Source of the DNA: Clostridiales bacterium
Lineage (GTDB): Bacteria; Bacillota; Clostridia; Christensenellales; CAG-138
Assembly: GCA_015056105.1 (NCBI GenBank)
Contig: SVGX01000003.1
Span: 128-64,127, forward strand
Reading direction: 5' to 3'
Length of the DNA stretch: 64,000 bases
This document shows positions 19,122 to 28,153 of this stretch, one piece after another. A model generated the notes under the pieces. It worked only from the letters and a program-made list of their open reading frames with translations, made no database searches and was not told the DNA's origin. Position 1 is the first letter of the stretch; each line of letters starts with the position of its first letter. A program made the translations under genes and the position numbers.

Positions 19122-19871
19122 ATGGCCCATATGCCGCAGTGGTTTGAGTATGACTGGCCCCTTGACGGCCGTGATGCCCGGTTTCGGGTGGACCTTGCCC
19201 TTGCTTCCGCCCCGCGGGAAGGAAGGCCGGTGCTGCTGTATGTGAGCTGCGAAAGCAAGCGTGCAAAGGCGGAAAGCCTCAATGCCCTTGAGATCGGCCG
19301 CGCGGAAGCCCTGTGCAAAAAGTGCCTGAAAGCTCTTGCGCCTTATTATGCCGGTTTCATTGAGACCGGCGCCCAGCGCCAGTATTATTTCTACGTAAAG
19401 GAAGCGGAGTTGCTTGACGAGGCGGATCGCATTGCGGAAAAGGAGCTGTTTCTTGACTGCCGTGCGGGCATGCAGCAGGAGCCGGGCTGGGCGACTTACA
19501 AAAAGCTGCTTTACCCCGATGCCGCCAAACTGCAGACCGAGGATAACCGCAAGCGCATCGCCCTCATGGTGGAGCACGGCGACAATCCCGCCGCCGCAAG
19601 GCGCATCGCGCTGTTCCTTTTCTTCCGGACGGAAACCGCCATGCTGCTTTTTTCCGAGCAGGCGCGCCTTTCCGGCTTTGCGGTAGGCGATTCCGTCTTT
19701 ACGCCGGAATTCGACCGGGCTTACGGCGTGCGCATCATGCGCATCGCCCCGCTCAAAAAGCCGGAGCTTGATGAGCTGACCACCCGCGCCATCCGCATCG
19801 CGGAAAAATTCGACGGCGAGCTCCGCTATTGGGAAGCACCCATGGCGAAGCGGGGCGGTCCGCTGATGTAA
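19122..19871 (+). CDS. two-domain protein, DUF695-like N-terminus plus RraB-like (ribonuclease-regulator family) C-terminus
   Basis: Start at the ATG at 19122 after AAAGGAG. The C-terminal half (MVEHGDNPAAARRIALFLFFRTE...FSEQARLSGFAV) resembles the RraB/DUF1260 pattern. Function is uncertain. Confidence 0.5.
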   Translation: MAHMPQWFEYDWPLDGRDARFRVDLALASAPREGRPVLLYVSCESKRAKAESLNALEIGRAEALCKKCLKALAPYYAGFIETGAQRQYYFYVKEAELLDEADRIAEKELFLDCRAGMQQEPGWATYKKLLYPDAAKLQTEDNRKRIALMVEHGDNPAAARRIALFLFFRTETAMLLFSEQARLSGFAVGDSVFTPEFDRAYGVRIMRIAPLKKPELDELTTRAIRIAEKFDGELRYWEAPMAKRGGPLM

Positions 19872-19901
19872 AGCTACACGCCTCGCTCCGTAGGGTGACA
19901 A

Positions 19902-20026
19902 GTGAAATAGCGGCTTTGCCGCTGTGAATTTTTTTGCTGTGCAAAAAGTTGAAATTCGCCTGCGGCGAGTGAAATTGCACCCTGGGGGTGCAGTAGAGGA
20001 AGGTTTGCCTTGCGGCAAACCTTTTT
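19902..20026 (+). repeat. array of five consecutive short stem-loops separated by GTGAAAT-like spacers
   Basis: GTGAAAT-agcggcTTTGccgct, GTGAATTT-ttttgcTGTgcaaaa, GTTGAAAT-tcgccTGCggcga, GTGAAAT-tgcacccTGggggtgca, GTAGAGG-aaggtttgccTTGCggcaaacctt-TTTT. The last resembles an intrinsic terminator. Confidence 0.6.
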
Positions 20027-20137
20027 ATATAGGCGGCCGTTCCTTCGGCGAAAACTCCGACTGCGGCGGGCGGGCGCGCCCGCCCTGCCGGAGCGCCCGC
20101 CTCCGCCCTTCTTTCCAAAAACTTTCCCTATCCTCCC

Positions 20138-20166
20138 TTGACAAATATATCGCTTTACGATATACT
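20138..20166 (+). promoter_or_regulatory. sigma-A type promoter for the padR operon with embedded operator-like repeats
   Basis: TTGACA (20138-20143), 17-nt spacer, TATACT (20161-20166). Inverted repeat TATATCG-5-CGATATA (20146-20164) overlaps the spacer and -10. Confidence 0.6.
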
Positions 20167-20221
20167 TTTGTCACGATATAACGGAAACCGATATAACGAC
20201 AAACGATAGGAGGGATCCCCC

Positions 20222-20542
20222 TTGCCTGAAAACATCGTGCTGACGGAAGCAACATATTACATTCTTCTATCCCTTGCGGAGCCCCGCCACGGCTACGGCA
20301 TCATGCAGCGGACGGAAGAGCTTTCCTTTGGCAGGGTGCACCTTGCGGCGGGCACCCTTTACGGCGCCCTCAATTCCCTCTGCGAAAAGGGATGGATCCG
20401 TCCCCTGCCCGGGGCGGAGGGCAGCCGCAAAAAGGAATACGAACTGACAGAAAAAGGCCGCGGCGTGCTCCTTGATGAGTTGATGCGCCTGAAAGAGCTT
20501 GTGAATAACGGAGAAACGGTGCTGAAAGGAGAAGAGAAATGA
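20222..20542 (+). CDS. PadR family transcriptional regulator
   Basis: LTEATYYILLSLAEPRHGYGIMQ...AGTLYGALNSLCEKGWI winged-helix PadR signature. TTG start after GGAGGG. Confidence 0.85.
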   Translation: MPENIVLTEATYYILLSLAEPRHGYGIMQRTEELSFGRVHLAAGTLYGALNSLCEKGWIRPLPGAEGSRKKEYELTEKGRGVLLDELMRLKELVNNGETVLKGEEK

Positions 20543-21045
20543 GCGAACGGAAAAAGATCGCCCGCTGGTTCTGGGTGTGGGAATTTGAAAAGGAAGAGCT
20601 GTGGCTCAATTCCATGGCCCTTGAAGGCTGGACCCTTGACCGGGTGGGCTTCTGCAAATATGAGTTTATCCGCACGGAGGGCGGCGCATATACCGTCCGC
20701 CTTGAAATGCGGGAGAAGGATGCGGATTATACCGCCTTCATCGAGGAAACGGGCGCAGAGTATATCGGCCGCGTTGCCCAGTGGGCCTATTACCGCAAAA
20801 AGACGGAGCTTGGCAGCTTTGACCTTTTTTCCGATCTTGATTCCCGCATCGCCCATCTTGACCGCATCGGGAAAGCGCTTACCGTTGTGGCCGCTGCCAA
20901 CATCGTCATCGGTTTGGCCAATTCTTTCAATTATGTTAATATCGGCTGGATCAATCTGCTTGTTGCAAGTTTGCCGGCCTATTGCGTCGGCCGCATCCAC
21001 AGCAAAAAGGAAGTGCTGGAACGCGAACGGGCGGTAAGGGAATAA
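20539..21045 (+). CDS. DUF2812 family membrane protein (usual PadR partner)
   Basis: FEKEELWLNSMALEGWTLDRV is the N-terminal signature of DUF2812. ATGA overlap with padR. Confidence 0.75.
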   Translation: MSERKKIARWFWVWEFEKEELWLNSMALEGWTLDRVGFCKYEFIRTEGGAYTVRLEMREKDADYTAFIEETGAEYIGRVAQWAYYRKKTELGSFDLFSDLDSRIAHLDRIGKALTVVAAANIVIGLANSFNYVNIGWINLLVASLPAYCVGRIHSKKEVLERERAVRE

Positions 21046-21050
21046 AAACA

Positions 21051-21095
21051 AAAAGGCGCTGCCTTTCAACAAAGAAAGGCAGCGCCTTTTTCTTG
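21051..21095. terminator. bidirectional terminator between convergent genes
   Basis: Long perfect stem aaaaggcgctgccttt / aaaggcagcgcctttt flanked by A- and T-runs. Confidence 0.8.
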
Positions 21096-21098
21096 CTT

Positions 21099-21971
21099 TT
21101 AACCGCGGCGGTCATGGGGTTCCGCGCCCATTGTGACGATGCGGGTACGGTAATCCGTAGGCGACATACCGGTGATCTTGACGAAATTGCGGTAGAAAGT
21201 GGAAAAGTCCTCATAGCCGACCTTTTTTCCGATATCGTTCAGGGAAAGATTGCTCAGGGACATAAACTGTATGGCTTCCCGAATACGCTTTTCTGTCAGG
21301 TATTGCTTCACGGTGCGCCCTGTGTAAGCCTGAAATGCCTTGTAGAAGGCGGACTTCGACAGCATCACCATCCGTGCCAGCTCATCGCTGTTGACAGGCT
21401 CGTCATAGTGGGCGTCGATATACTCAAGGCAGCGGAGCATGCTGGAAAAATCATCCTGCTTCGGGCGGATATCCGTCAAAAACAGCTCCACATAGACATC
21501 GCGCAGCATCATCATCAGCGCGGATACGGCAAGAAGATGCCCCGTGCAGTAATAGGGCACTTCCGCATAGGTCTGCTCCTCGATCAGGCAGGCGAGGGAT
21601 TGCTTCACGGCGGCATCGGTTTTTTCCGAAAGGCGCATGAGGGCGGGGAAGTTGGAAAAATCCGCCTTCAGCCGCGGGAAATAGGAAAGCAGCATATCCG
21701 CCACATTGCGTGAAAAGGAAAGGCAATAGTATCTCGTGCCTTCCGCGATATCAAGGCTGTGGGTCACGCCCGGGGCGGTGATAAAAACCTCCCCCGGGGA
21801 CTGCAGCACATCCTCGCCGTTCTGGTGCTGCACGATGCTGCCGGAGATCAGCAGGAGCACATGGTAAAAGCTGTGGTGATGGGGCGCAACAGTGCCCTGA
21901 AAACCGCTGCCGATGTAAACGTGATAGTCTTTTTTGTTGTCGAAAAGGAATTTGCGGAACCAGCTGTTCAT
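21099..21971 (-). CDS. AraC family transcriptional regulator (cupin sensor plus HTH)
   Basis: C-terminal LARMVMLSKSAFYKAFQAYTGRTVKQYLTEKRIREA...IGKKVGYEDFSTFYRNFVKITGMSPTDYR. Divergent from the peptide-transport operon. Confidence 0.85.
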   Translation of the reverse strand: MNSWFRKFLFDNKKDYHVYIGSGFQGTVAPHHHSFYHVLLLISGSIVQHQNGEDVLQSPGEVFITAPGVTHSLDIAEGTRYYCLSFSRNVADMLLSYFPRLKADFSNFPALMRLSEKTDAAVKQSLACLIEEQTYAEVPYYCTGHLLAVSALMMMLRDVYVELFLTDIRPKQDDFSSMLRCLEYIDAHYDEPVNSDELARMVMLSKSAFYKAFQAYTGRTVKQYLTEKRIREAIQFMSLSNLSLNDIGKKVGYEDFSTFYRNFVKITGMSPTDYRTRIVTMGAEPHDRRG

Positions 21972-22254
21972 GAAAACGTTCCCTCCCGGAATGGGGGCTA
22001 TGCCGCACATTCTGCAATGTATTTATACTGCTATGATACTGCCGGCGGAGAAAAAATGCAATGTCATTTGCGTGCGGTTTGGAGAAACTGCAATTGCCTG
22101 CTGTGCCGCAGAACGGATAGAATAATAAAACAGAGATTTTTGTCAAACCGTGTTATTAATGGAAAAGCAGACCCTAAATCAAACAGAATACCCCATCGTT
22201 TTTATTTGCGATACCGTAAAACAGAATAAACAGAGGAAAGGAAGAAGATTGCGG

Positions 22255-23100
22255 ATGAGAGTTTATATTTCCATGGATGCGGAAGGTATTTCCGGCATTT
22301 ACAAGCTCGGACAGGTCATGCCTTCCAACAAGGAATACGATTATGCAAGAAAGCTGATGGCGGGGGATATCAACGCTGCCGTGGCAGGTGCCTTCGATGC
22401 CGGTGCGGAAGAGGTATTCGTCAACGATGCACACAACGGCGGCGACAACCTGCACATCACCGATCTTGATGAGCGCATGATCCTCTGCTCCGGCGGGGAC
22501 AGGCCCCTCACCATGGCGGAAGGCTGCCAGGGCGAATATGACTGTGCGCTGCTCATCGGCTACCACACCCGTAAGGGCTCCAAGGGCGTCATCAGCCACA
22601 GCTACGCCTACGGTTCCATGATCGAGCTTCGGCTCAACGGCAAGATCATCTCCGAATATGAACTCATCGGCCATATGATCGGCCATTACGGCACCCCTGT
22701 GGTGTTCCTTTCCGGCGATGATATCGTCACCGCCGACGCAAGGGAAAACGTGCCCGGCATCCATACCGTGGCGACAAAGCGCGCCATCAGCAACGGCAGC
22801 GCCGCCTGTCTCCACCCGAACGTCACCGCCCGCATGATCCGCGAAGGTGTTAAGAAGGCCGTTGAAGATTACAGGAACATCAAGCCCATGCGGGTGGAAG
22901 GCCCCGTGCGGCTCGACTGCCGCTACAGCGCGGAAGCGCAGGCATGGAAAGCGATGATGGTGGGCGAAGGCAGGGCAGAGCGCCTTGATGAGGTCACCGT
23001 CCGCTTCCACGGCAAGGATTACAAAGAGGCCTATGAAGCCTTTGTTGCCGCCGCCGCCCTTGCGGGTACCTTCCGCGACGATGCGGAGCTTTACAGGTAA
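22255..23100 (+). CDS. dppA: M55 family D-aminopeptidase (DppA type)
   Basis: MRVYISMDAEGISGI...VNDAHNGG...GYHTRKG motifs of peptidase M55. First gene of the transporter operon, as in the B. subtilis dpp operon. Confidence 0.8.
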   Translation: MRVYISMDAEGISGIYKLGQVMPSNKEYDYARKLMAGDINAAVAGAFDAGAEEVFVNDAHNGGDNLHITDLDERMILCSGGDRPLTMAEGCQGEYDCALLIGYHTRKGSKGVISHSYAYGSMIELRLNGKIISEYELIGHMIGHYGTPVVFLSGDDIVTADARENVPGIHTVATKRAISNGSAACLHPNVTARMIREGVKKAVEDYRNIKPMRVEGPVRLDCRYSAEAQAWKAMMVGEGRAERLDEVTVRFHGKDYKEAYEAFVAAAALAGTFRDDAELYR

Positions 23101-23141
23101 AACCGTTTCTTTGAATCTGAAAAGAGAGGAGAGCGTCCACC

Positions 23142-24554
23142 ATGCAAGAAAAGCAGAGTCTGCTCAAACGCTTTGCCGCCAATTCGGCAAGAACGTTCGG
23201 CAGAATGTGGAATAACCGCATTTACTTCATTCTGATGTGGCTGTGCGGTTTCCTGACCCTGATCCCCGCTGCCGTGGTCAACCTGACAAAATACGGCATG
23301 CAGGGAAAGGGTGGAAAAGCCCGGCAAATGGCAGAATTCACCGCGACACCGGAAGCGAAAGCGTTAAAGGAAGAGGTGCGCGGGGAGATCCGCCGGAAAA
23401 ACGAATACTTCGACAAGCCTGTTTCCGGCGAAGAATTCGAAAAGGAAGTGGAAAAGGAATTTTCCCGTCAGGCACAGGCGCTGCTGGTGCAGAAGCACGG
23501 CCGCGGCAAAAAGGTCAGCGAAACGCTGGGGGAAATGCTGGAGAGCACGCCTTTCCTGCTTTATTCCGTGATCGTATCGCTGCCGATGTACATCGTCGGG
23601 GCGGTGTTCCAGCGGCCTTACCTCAAGTACATCCTTGAACGCATCGCCATGATGGCCTTTGTGCTCATGGGCGTTACCATCGTGGTGTTCAGCATCATTT
23701 ACATCTCCCCCACGGATCCCGCGGCCAGCGTTCTCGGCCCCGAAGCCACCAAGGAAGCGGTGGAAAACTTCCGCGAAGCTTACGGCCTGAACGATCCTTA
23801 TCTGGTGCAGCTTTGGAACACCTTCCGCAAGGTCATCACCTTCGACCTTGGCAACTCCTATGTGGGCAATCAGGATATTGCCGAAGCCATCGGCAGAAAG
23901 TTCCCGCCTACGCTGATCGTGGGTATTGCATCGCTGGCGGTGGCGCTGCTGATCGCCATGCCGGCGGGCATCATTTCCGCCATCAAGCAGTACAGCGGCC
24001 TTGATTATGCGCTGATGCTCATTGCGCTTCTGGGCCTTTCCATCCCGAACTTCTGGCTGGGCCTCATCATGATCCTGGAATTCTCCATCCAGCTCAAGTG
24101 GGTGCCGGCCATGTATCAGCCGGAAAATCTCATCACCATCATCATGCCCGCCATCGTGGTCGGCACGGGCATGAGCGCGCAGATCGCCCGCATGACCCGC
24201 TCCTCCATGCTGGAAGTTGCAAGGCAGGATTACGTCATGATGGCCCGCGCCAAGGGCCTGCAGGAAAGCAAGGTGGTCATGCGCTACATCCTTAAAAATG
24301 CGCTGCTGCCCATCATCACCGTTATCGGCATGTCCTTTGCGGCAACGCTCAGCGGCGCTGCTACCACGGAAAAGGTGTTCAACATCAAGGGTATGTGCGA
24401 ATACATCTCCTCGAGCACGTTGCTGCCGGATACCCCGGTGGTCATCGGCGGCGTTATCTACATCGCCGCAGCGATCTCCATTTCCAATCTGATCGTTGAC
24501 CTGATCTATACTTTTGTTGACCCGCGCCTTAAAACAAGGCTGCGCAACTATTAA
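23142..24554 (+). CDS. peptide ABC transporter permease (DppB/OppB type) with about 130-aa N-terminal extension
   Basis: C-terminal 330 aa match the BPD_transp_1 pattern (YVMMARAKGLQESKVVMRYILKNALLPIITV). Confidence 0.85.
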   Translation: MQEKQSLLKRFAANSARTFGRMWNNRIYFILMWLCGFLTLIPAAVVNLTKYGMQGKGGKARQMAEFTATPEAKALKEEVRGEIRRKNEYFDKPVSGEEFEKEVEKEFSRQAQALLVQKHGRGKKVSETLGEMLESTPFLLYSVIVSLPMYIVGAVFQRPYLKYILERIAMMAFVLMGVTIVVFSIIYISPTDPAASVLGPEATKEAVENFREAYGLNDPYLVQLWNTFRKVITFDLGNSYVGNQDIAEAIGRKFPPTLIVGIASLAVALLIAMPAGIISAIKQYSGLDYALMLIALLGLSIPNFWLGLIMILEFSIQLKWVPAMYQPENLITIIMPAIVVGTGMSAQIARMTRSSMLEVARQDYVMMARAKGLQESKVVMRYILKNALLPIITVIGMSFAATLSGAATTEKVFNIKGMCEYISSSTLLPDTPVVIGGVIYIAAAISISNLIVDLIYTFVDPRLKTRLRNY

Positions 24555-24571
24555 GAAAGGAGGAAAGCGGA

Positions 24572-26107
24572 ATGAAAAACAAAAAAACGGGCCATGGCAA
24601 GAAAACCGTTTCCGAGTTTTACAAGCGGTTCAAGAAGCAAATGGTGAACATGCACACGGAAAACCGTGCGCTCTCCATTGCCTGCGGCGCCACCGGCGTG
24701 TTCCTGCTGATCTTCCTTTTCAGCGCATACGACTTTTTCACCAAGACCTTCAGCACTTTCTTTGTTGCCATGGCCGGCATTTATGTGCTTGAACTGCTCT
24801 ACCTGCTCTTCGTCATGAAAAAGGTGCAGAAAGAGATCGTAAACGGCGGCATCAAAAAAGGCACCCGCTATCTTGGCATCCCCATGCTGCTTTTCCTCGT
24901 TTCGGGCAACTTCATGGCCTTTGCGGCGGGCGGCATCATGCTCAAGAAAGATCCCACCATCGAGTATCAGCTCTGCGTTTACATGATCATGACCAACCTT
25001 GCCTGCGCGCTGGTCAGCTGCCTGAACCTCTTCAAAGAGTATGTGGCGGGCACCTTCTTCCTGGGCCTGGGGCTTCTGGCGGCGCTTACGGTGTTCTACA
25101 TCGTGGCAACGGTGTTCGTGTGGCGCGGCATCACCCAGAAGGATATCGACAAGAAGCTTATCTGGCTCTCCGTTCCCCTGGCAGCCTCCGTCGTTTCGGG
25201 CAACATATTTGCCCTTGCGCTGGCGCTCATCATCTTCCGCCGCTGCAGGCAGGAAAACAAGGATGTTTCCATTAAATGGGTGGATATCGTCCGTCGCCTG
25301 TTCAAAAACCAGATGGCCGTTGCGGGCGCCTTCATTGTGGTGTTCCTGATCGCCATGAGCGTTTGGAGCTCCCTTACCTTCGAGGATTATGTGATCTTCG
25401 ATAACGATTATTACAACCTGCTGGTCAAGCCCTGCCTGCGCTATCCCTTCGGCACGGATGAATTCGGCCGCTGCGTGTTCTCCCGCATCATCTACGGCGC
25501 ACGCATCTCCCTGCTCATCGGCATTGCCTCCATCACCTACCCGATCTTCATCGGCGGTGCGCTGGGCGCGCTGGCCGGCTATTACGGCGGCAAGCTGGAT
25601 GATGCCATCATGCGCGTGATGGACGTGATCTACGCCATCCCGGGCGTGCTGCTCTCCATGGTCATCATCGCATCCTTCGGCGCAACGGTGCCAAACCTCA
25701 TCATTGCCCTCGGCGTGGGTCGCATCGCATCCTATGCCCGTGTGACCCGCGCAACGGTGCTCAACATGGCCAACGCGGAGTTCGTTGAAGCGGCAAAGGC
25801 CTGCGGTGCCAACGATACGGTCATCATCTTCAAGCACATCATCCTGAACTCCCTGTCTCCCATCATCGTCAACGCGACGATCGGCATCGGCGGCGTGGTA
25901 CTTTCCACCAGCTCCCTTTCCTACCTCGGCATCGGCATCCCCTCCCACATCCCGGAATGGGGCAACGTGCTTCGTGCCGGCAGCACCTACCTTGAGACCC
26001 AGCCCTATCTTGCGATCTTCCCGGGCATTGCGATCATCGTGCTGGTGCTGGCATTCAACTTTTTCGGCGACGGTGTGCGCGATGCGCTCGACCCGAAGCT
26101 GAAGTGA
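24572..26107 (+). CDS. peptide ABC transporter permease (DppC/OppC type) with about 210-aa polytopic N-terminal extension
   Basis: The C-terminal part carries FGTDEFGRCVFSRIIYGARISL and EFVEAAKACGANDTVIIFKHIILNSLSPI. The N-terminal part has several extra hydrophobic helices. Confidence 0.85.
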   Translation: MKNKKTGHGKKTVSEFYKRFKKQMVNMHTENRALSIACGATGVFLLIFLFSAYDFFTKTFSTFFVAMAGIYVLELLYLLFVMKKVQKEIVNGGIKKGTRYLGIPMLLFLVSGNFMAFAAGGIMLKKDPTIEYQLCVYMIMTNLACALVSCLNLFKEYVAGTFFLGLGLLAALTVFYIVATVFVWRGITQKDIDKKLIWLSVPLAASVVSGNIFALALALIIFRRCRQENKDVSIKWVDIVRRLFKNQMAVAGAFIVVFLIAMSVWSSLTFEDYVIFDNDYYNLLVKPCLRYPFGTDEFGRCVFSRIIYGARISLLIGIASITYPIFIGGALGALAGYYGGKLDDAIMRVMDVIYAIPGVLLSMVIIASFGATVPNLIIALGVGRIASYARVTRATVLNMANAEFVEAAKACGANDTVIIFKHIILNSLSPIIVNATIGIGGVVLSTSSLSYLGIGIPSHIPEWGNVLRAGSTYLETQPYLAIFPGIAIIVLVLAFNFFGDGVRDALDPKLK

Positions 26108-26122
26108 TCCGGAGGTGATCCT

Positions 26123-27091
26123 ATGAGCGAAGCTCCCCTTCTGAAAATCGAAGACCTCAGCGTGCAGTATATGACCGATGAGGATGTGGTCTATGCGGTA
26201 AACGGCCTCAGTGCAGAACTTTACCGGGGCGAAAGCCTTGGCTTCGTGGGTGAGACCGGCGCCGGCAAAACCACCACCGCCCTTTCCATCATTCAGCTTC
26301 TGCCGGAGCCTGCCGGCATCATCACCGGCGGCAGCATCTGGTTCAACGGCAGGAATCTGATCGAAAACAAAGAGAAGGAAAACCAGCTGATGCGCGGCGA
26401 CGGTATTTCCATGATCTTCCAGGATCCCATGAGCGCGCTGAACCCCACCCTCAGGATCAGCCGGCAGATGATGGAGGTCGTGGAATCCCACCGCAAGTGC
26501 TCCCGCAAGGAGGCGGAAGCCATCTGCATCGATATGCTCGAAAAGGTGGGCATCAAGCGGGACCGTTTCGATGATTATCCCCATCAGCTTTCCGGCGGCA
26601 TGAAGCAGCGCGTGGTCATAGCGATGGCGCTTCTGTGCAATCCTGAGGTGCTCATTGCCGATGAGCCCACCACCGCCCTTGATGTGACCATTCAGGCGCA
26701 GATCCTTGAGATCATCAAGCGGCTTATCAAGGAATCCAACATGTCCATGATGCTCATCACCCATGATCTTGGCATCGTGGCGGAGACCTGCGACCGCATT
26801 GCCGTTATCTACGGCGGCAGCGTTGTGGAAAGCGGCACCGTGCGCGAGGTCTACAAAAACCCGCGCCATCCTTACACCCGCGGCCTTTTCGCTTCCATCC
26901 CGAAGCTTGATACGGAAGAGGAAGAACTGCATCCCATCGAGGGCGAACCGCCGAACCCGGCACGCATGCCCTCCGGCTGCGCCTTCCATCCCCGCTGCCG
27001 CTACTGCAAGGACATCTGCCGGCAGGAGAAGCCCCCTGTACGGGGCGAAAGCCATCAGGTGCGCTGCCATTTTGACATAGAGGAGGAATAA
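26123..27091 (+). CDS. peptide ABC transporter ATP-binding protein (OppD/DppD type)
   Basis: Walker A GETGAGKTT, signature LSGGMKQR, Walker B LIADEPTTALD, and a C-terminal oligopeptide-type Cys/His tail. Confidence 0.9.
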   Translation: MSEAPLLKIEDLSVQYMTDEDVVYAVNGLSAELYRGESLGFVGETGAGKTTTALSIIQLLPEPAGIITGGSIWFNGRNLIENKEKENQLMRGDGISMIFQDPMSALNPTLRISRQMMEVVESHRKCSRKEAEAICIDMLEKVGIKRDRFDDYPHQLSGGMKQRVVIAMALLCNPEVLIADEPTTALDVTIQAQILEIIKRLIKESNMSMMLITHDLGIVAETCDRIAVIYGGSVVESGTVREVYKNPRHPYTRGLFASIPKLDTEEEELHPIEGEPPNPARMPSGCAFHPRCRYCKDICRQEKPPVRGESHQVRCHFDIEEE

Positions 27092-27095
27092 GCCC

Positions 27096-28082
27096 ATGAC
27101 GGAACAGAAGACCATGCTTGAAGTCCGGGGGCTGAAGAAATACTTCAAAGTGCCCAACGGCGGCAACCTCCATGCGGTGGATAACGTATCCTTTACCATC
27201 AACGAAGGCGAGACCCTTGGCATCGTAGGCGAATCCGGCTGCGGCAAGTCTACCCTCGGCCGTGTGATTTTAAGGCTCCATGAGCCAACCGCCGGCAAAG
27301 TGCTTTTTGACGGCATGAACATCACTGCCTTCAACAAGCAGGAAATGCAGAAGATGCGCAGCAAGATGCAGATCATCTTCCAGGACCCCTTCTCCTCCCT
27401 CAACCCCCGTTACACCGTGGCGCAGGCCATCGAAGAGCCGCTCAAGCTCAACGGCATCGGCGCCAACAGCGCGGAGCGCAAACAGCGCATTGAGGAGATG
27501 ATGGACCTTGTGGGCCTTGCGAAGCGCACCTACAACGCTTACCCCCATGAGTTTGACGGCGGCCGCCGCCAGCGTATCGTGATCGCCCGCGCGCTGGCGC
27601 TCAACCCGAAGTTCATCGTCTGCGACGAGCCCGTATCCGCCCTTGATATGTCCATTCAGGCGCAGATCCTCAACCTGATGATCAGCCTGCAGAAGCAGAT
27701 GGGCCTTACCTACATGTTCATTTCCCACGACCTGAGCGTGGTGAAGCACATTTCCACCGATGTGGGCGTTATGTACCTCGGCCAGATGGTGGAAAAGGCC
27801 CCGAAGGATGCGCTTTACAAAAAGCCGCTCCATCCCTATACGGTGGCGCTCCTGAGCGCGATTCCCATCCCGGATCCGGATGCCAACAGGAAAAAGATCA
27901 TCCTGCAGGGCGAGATCGCATCCCCCATCAACCCGAAACCCGGCTGCCGCTTTGCGCTCAGGTGTCCCTTTGCAAACGATACCTGCCGCAGCATTACCCC
28001 CGATCTTATCGAGGTGCAGCCCAGGCACTTTGTGGCCTGCCACCGCAGCGCCGAAATGCAGGAAGGCATCCTGCAGTACTGA
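27096..28082 (+). CDS. peptide ABC transporter ATP-binding protein (OppF/DppF type)
   Basis: Walker A GESGCGKST and Walker B FIVCDEPVSALD. The signature position reads FDGGRRQR (divergent). Confidence 0.9.
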   Translation: MTEQKTMLEVRGLKKYFKVPNGGNLHAVDNVSFTINEGETLGIVGESGCGKSTLGRVILRLHEPTAGKVLFDGMNITAFNKQEMQKMRSKMQIIFQDPFSSLNPRYTVAQAIEEPLKLNGIGANSAERKQRIEEMMDLVGLAKRTYNAYPHEFDGGRRQRIVIARALALNPKFIVCDEPVSALDMSIQAQILNLMISLQKQMGLTYMFISHDLSVVKHISTDVGVMYLGQMVEKAPKDALYKKPLHPYTVALLSAIPIPDPDANRKKIILQGEIASPINPKPGCRFALRCPFANDTCRSITPDLIEVQPRHFVACHRSAEMQEGILQY

Positions 28083-28153
28083 GTACCATTGCGTTTTTCC
28101 CAAAAGGAGAACGTGTGGATAAAACCCATGAAATATCATAAGGAGGAAAAAAC

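Noticed and set aside
19902-20026. CRISPR array.
   Set aside because: The units are about 21-27 nt. The hairpins differ in sequence and there are no identical repeats separated by unique spacers. No cas genes are nearby.
24551-27403. 950-aa minus-strand ORF. Similar very long antisense ORFs include 9363-10835, 13975-15822, 17205-19076, 28136-30082, 38587-41139, 41449-43518, 43989-45608, 49154-50749, 52185-54617 and 56059-57720.
   Set aside because: Each lies entirely opposite a gene with unmistakable family motifs. They have Gly/Ala/Arg/His/Asp-rich low-complexity composition, lack an RBS and lack recognisable motifs. These are typical shadow ORFs of high-GC coding DNA.
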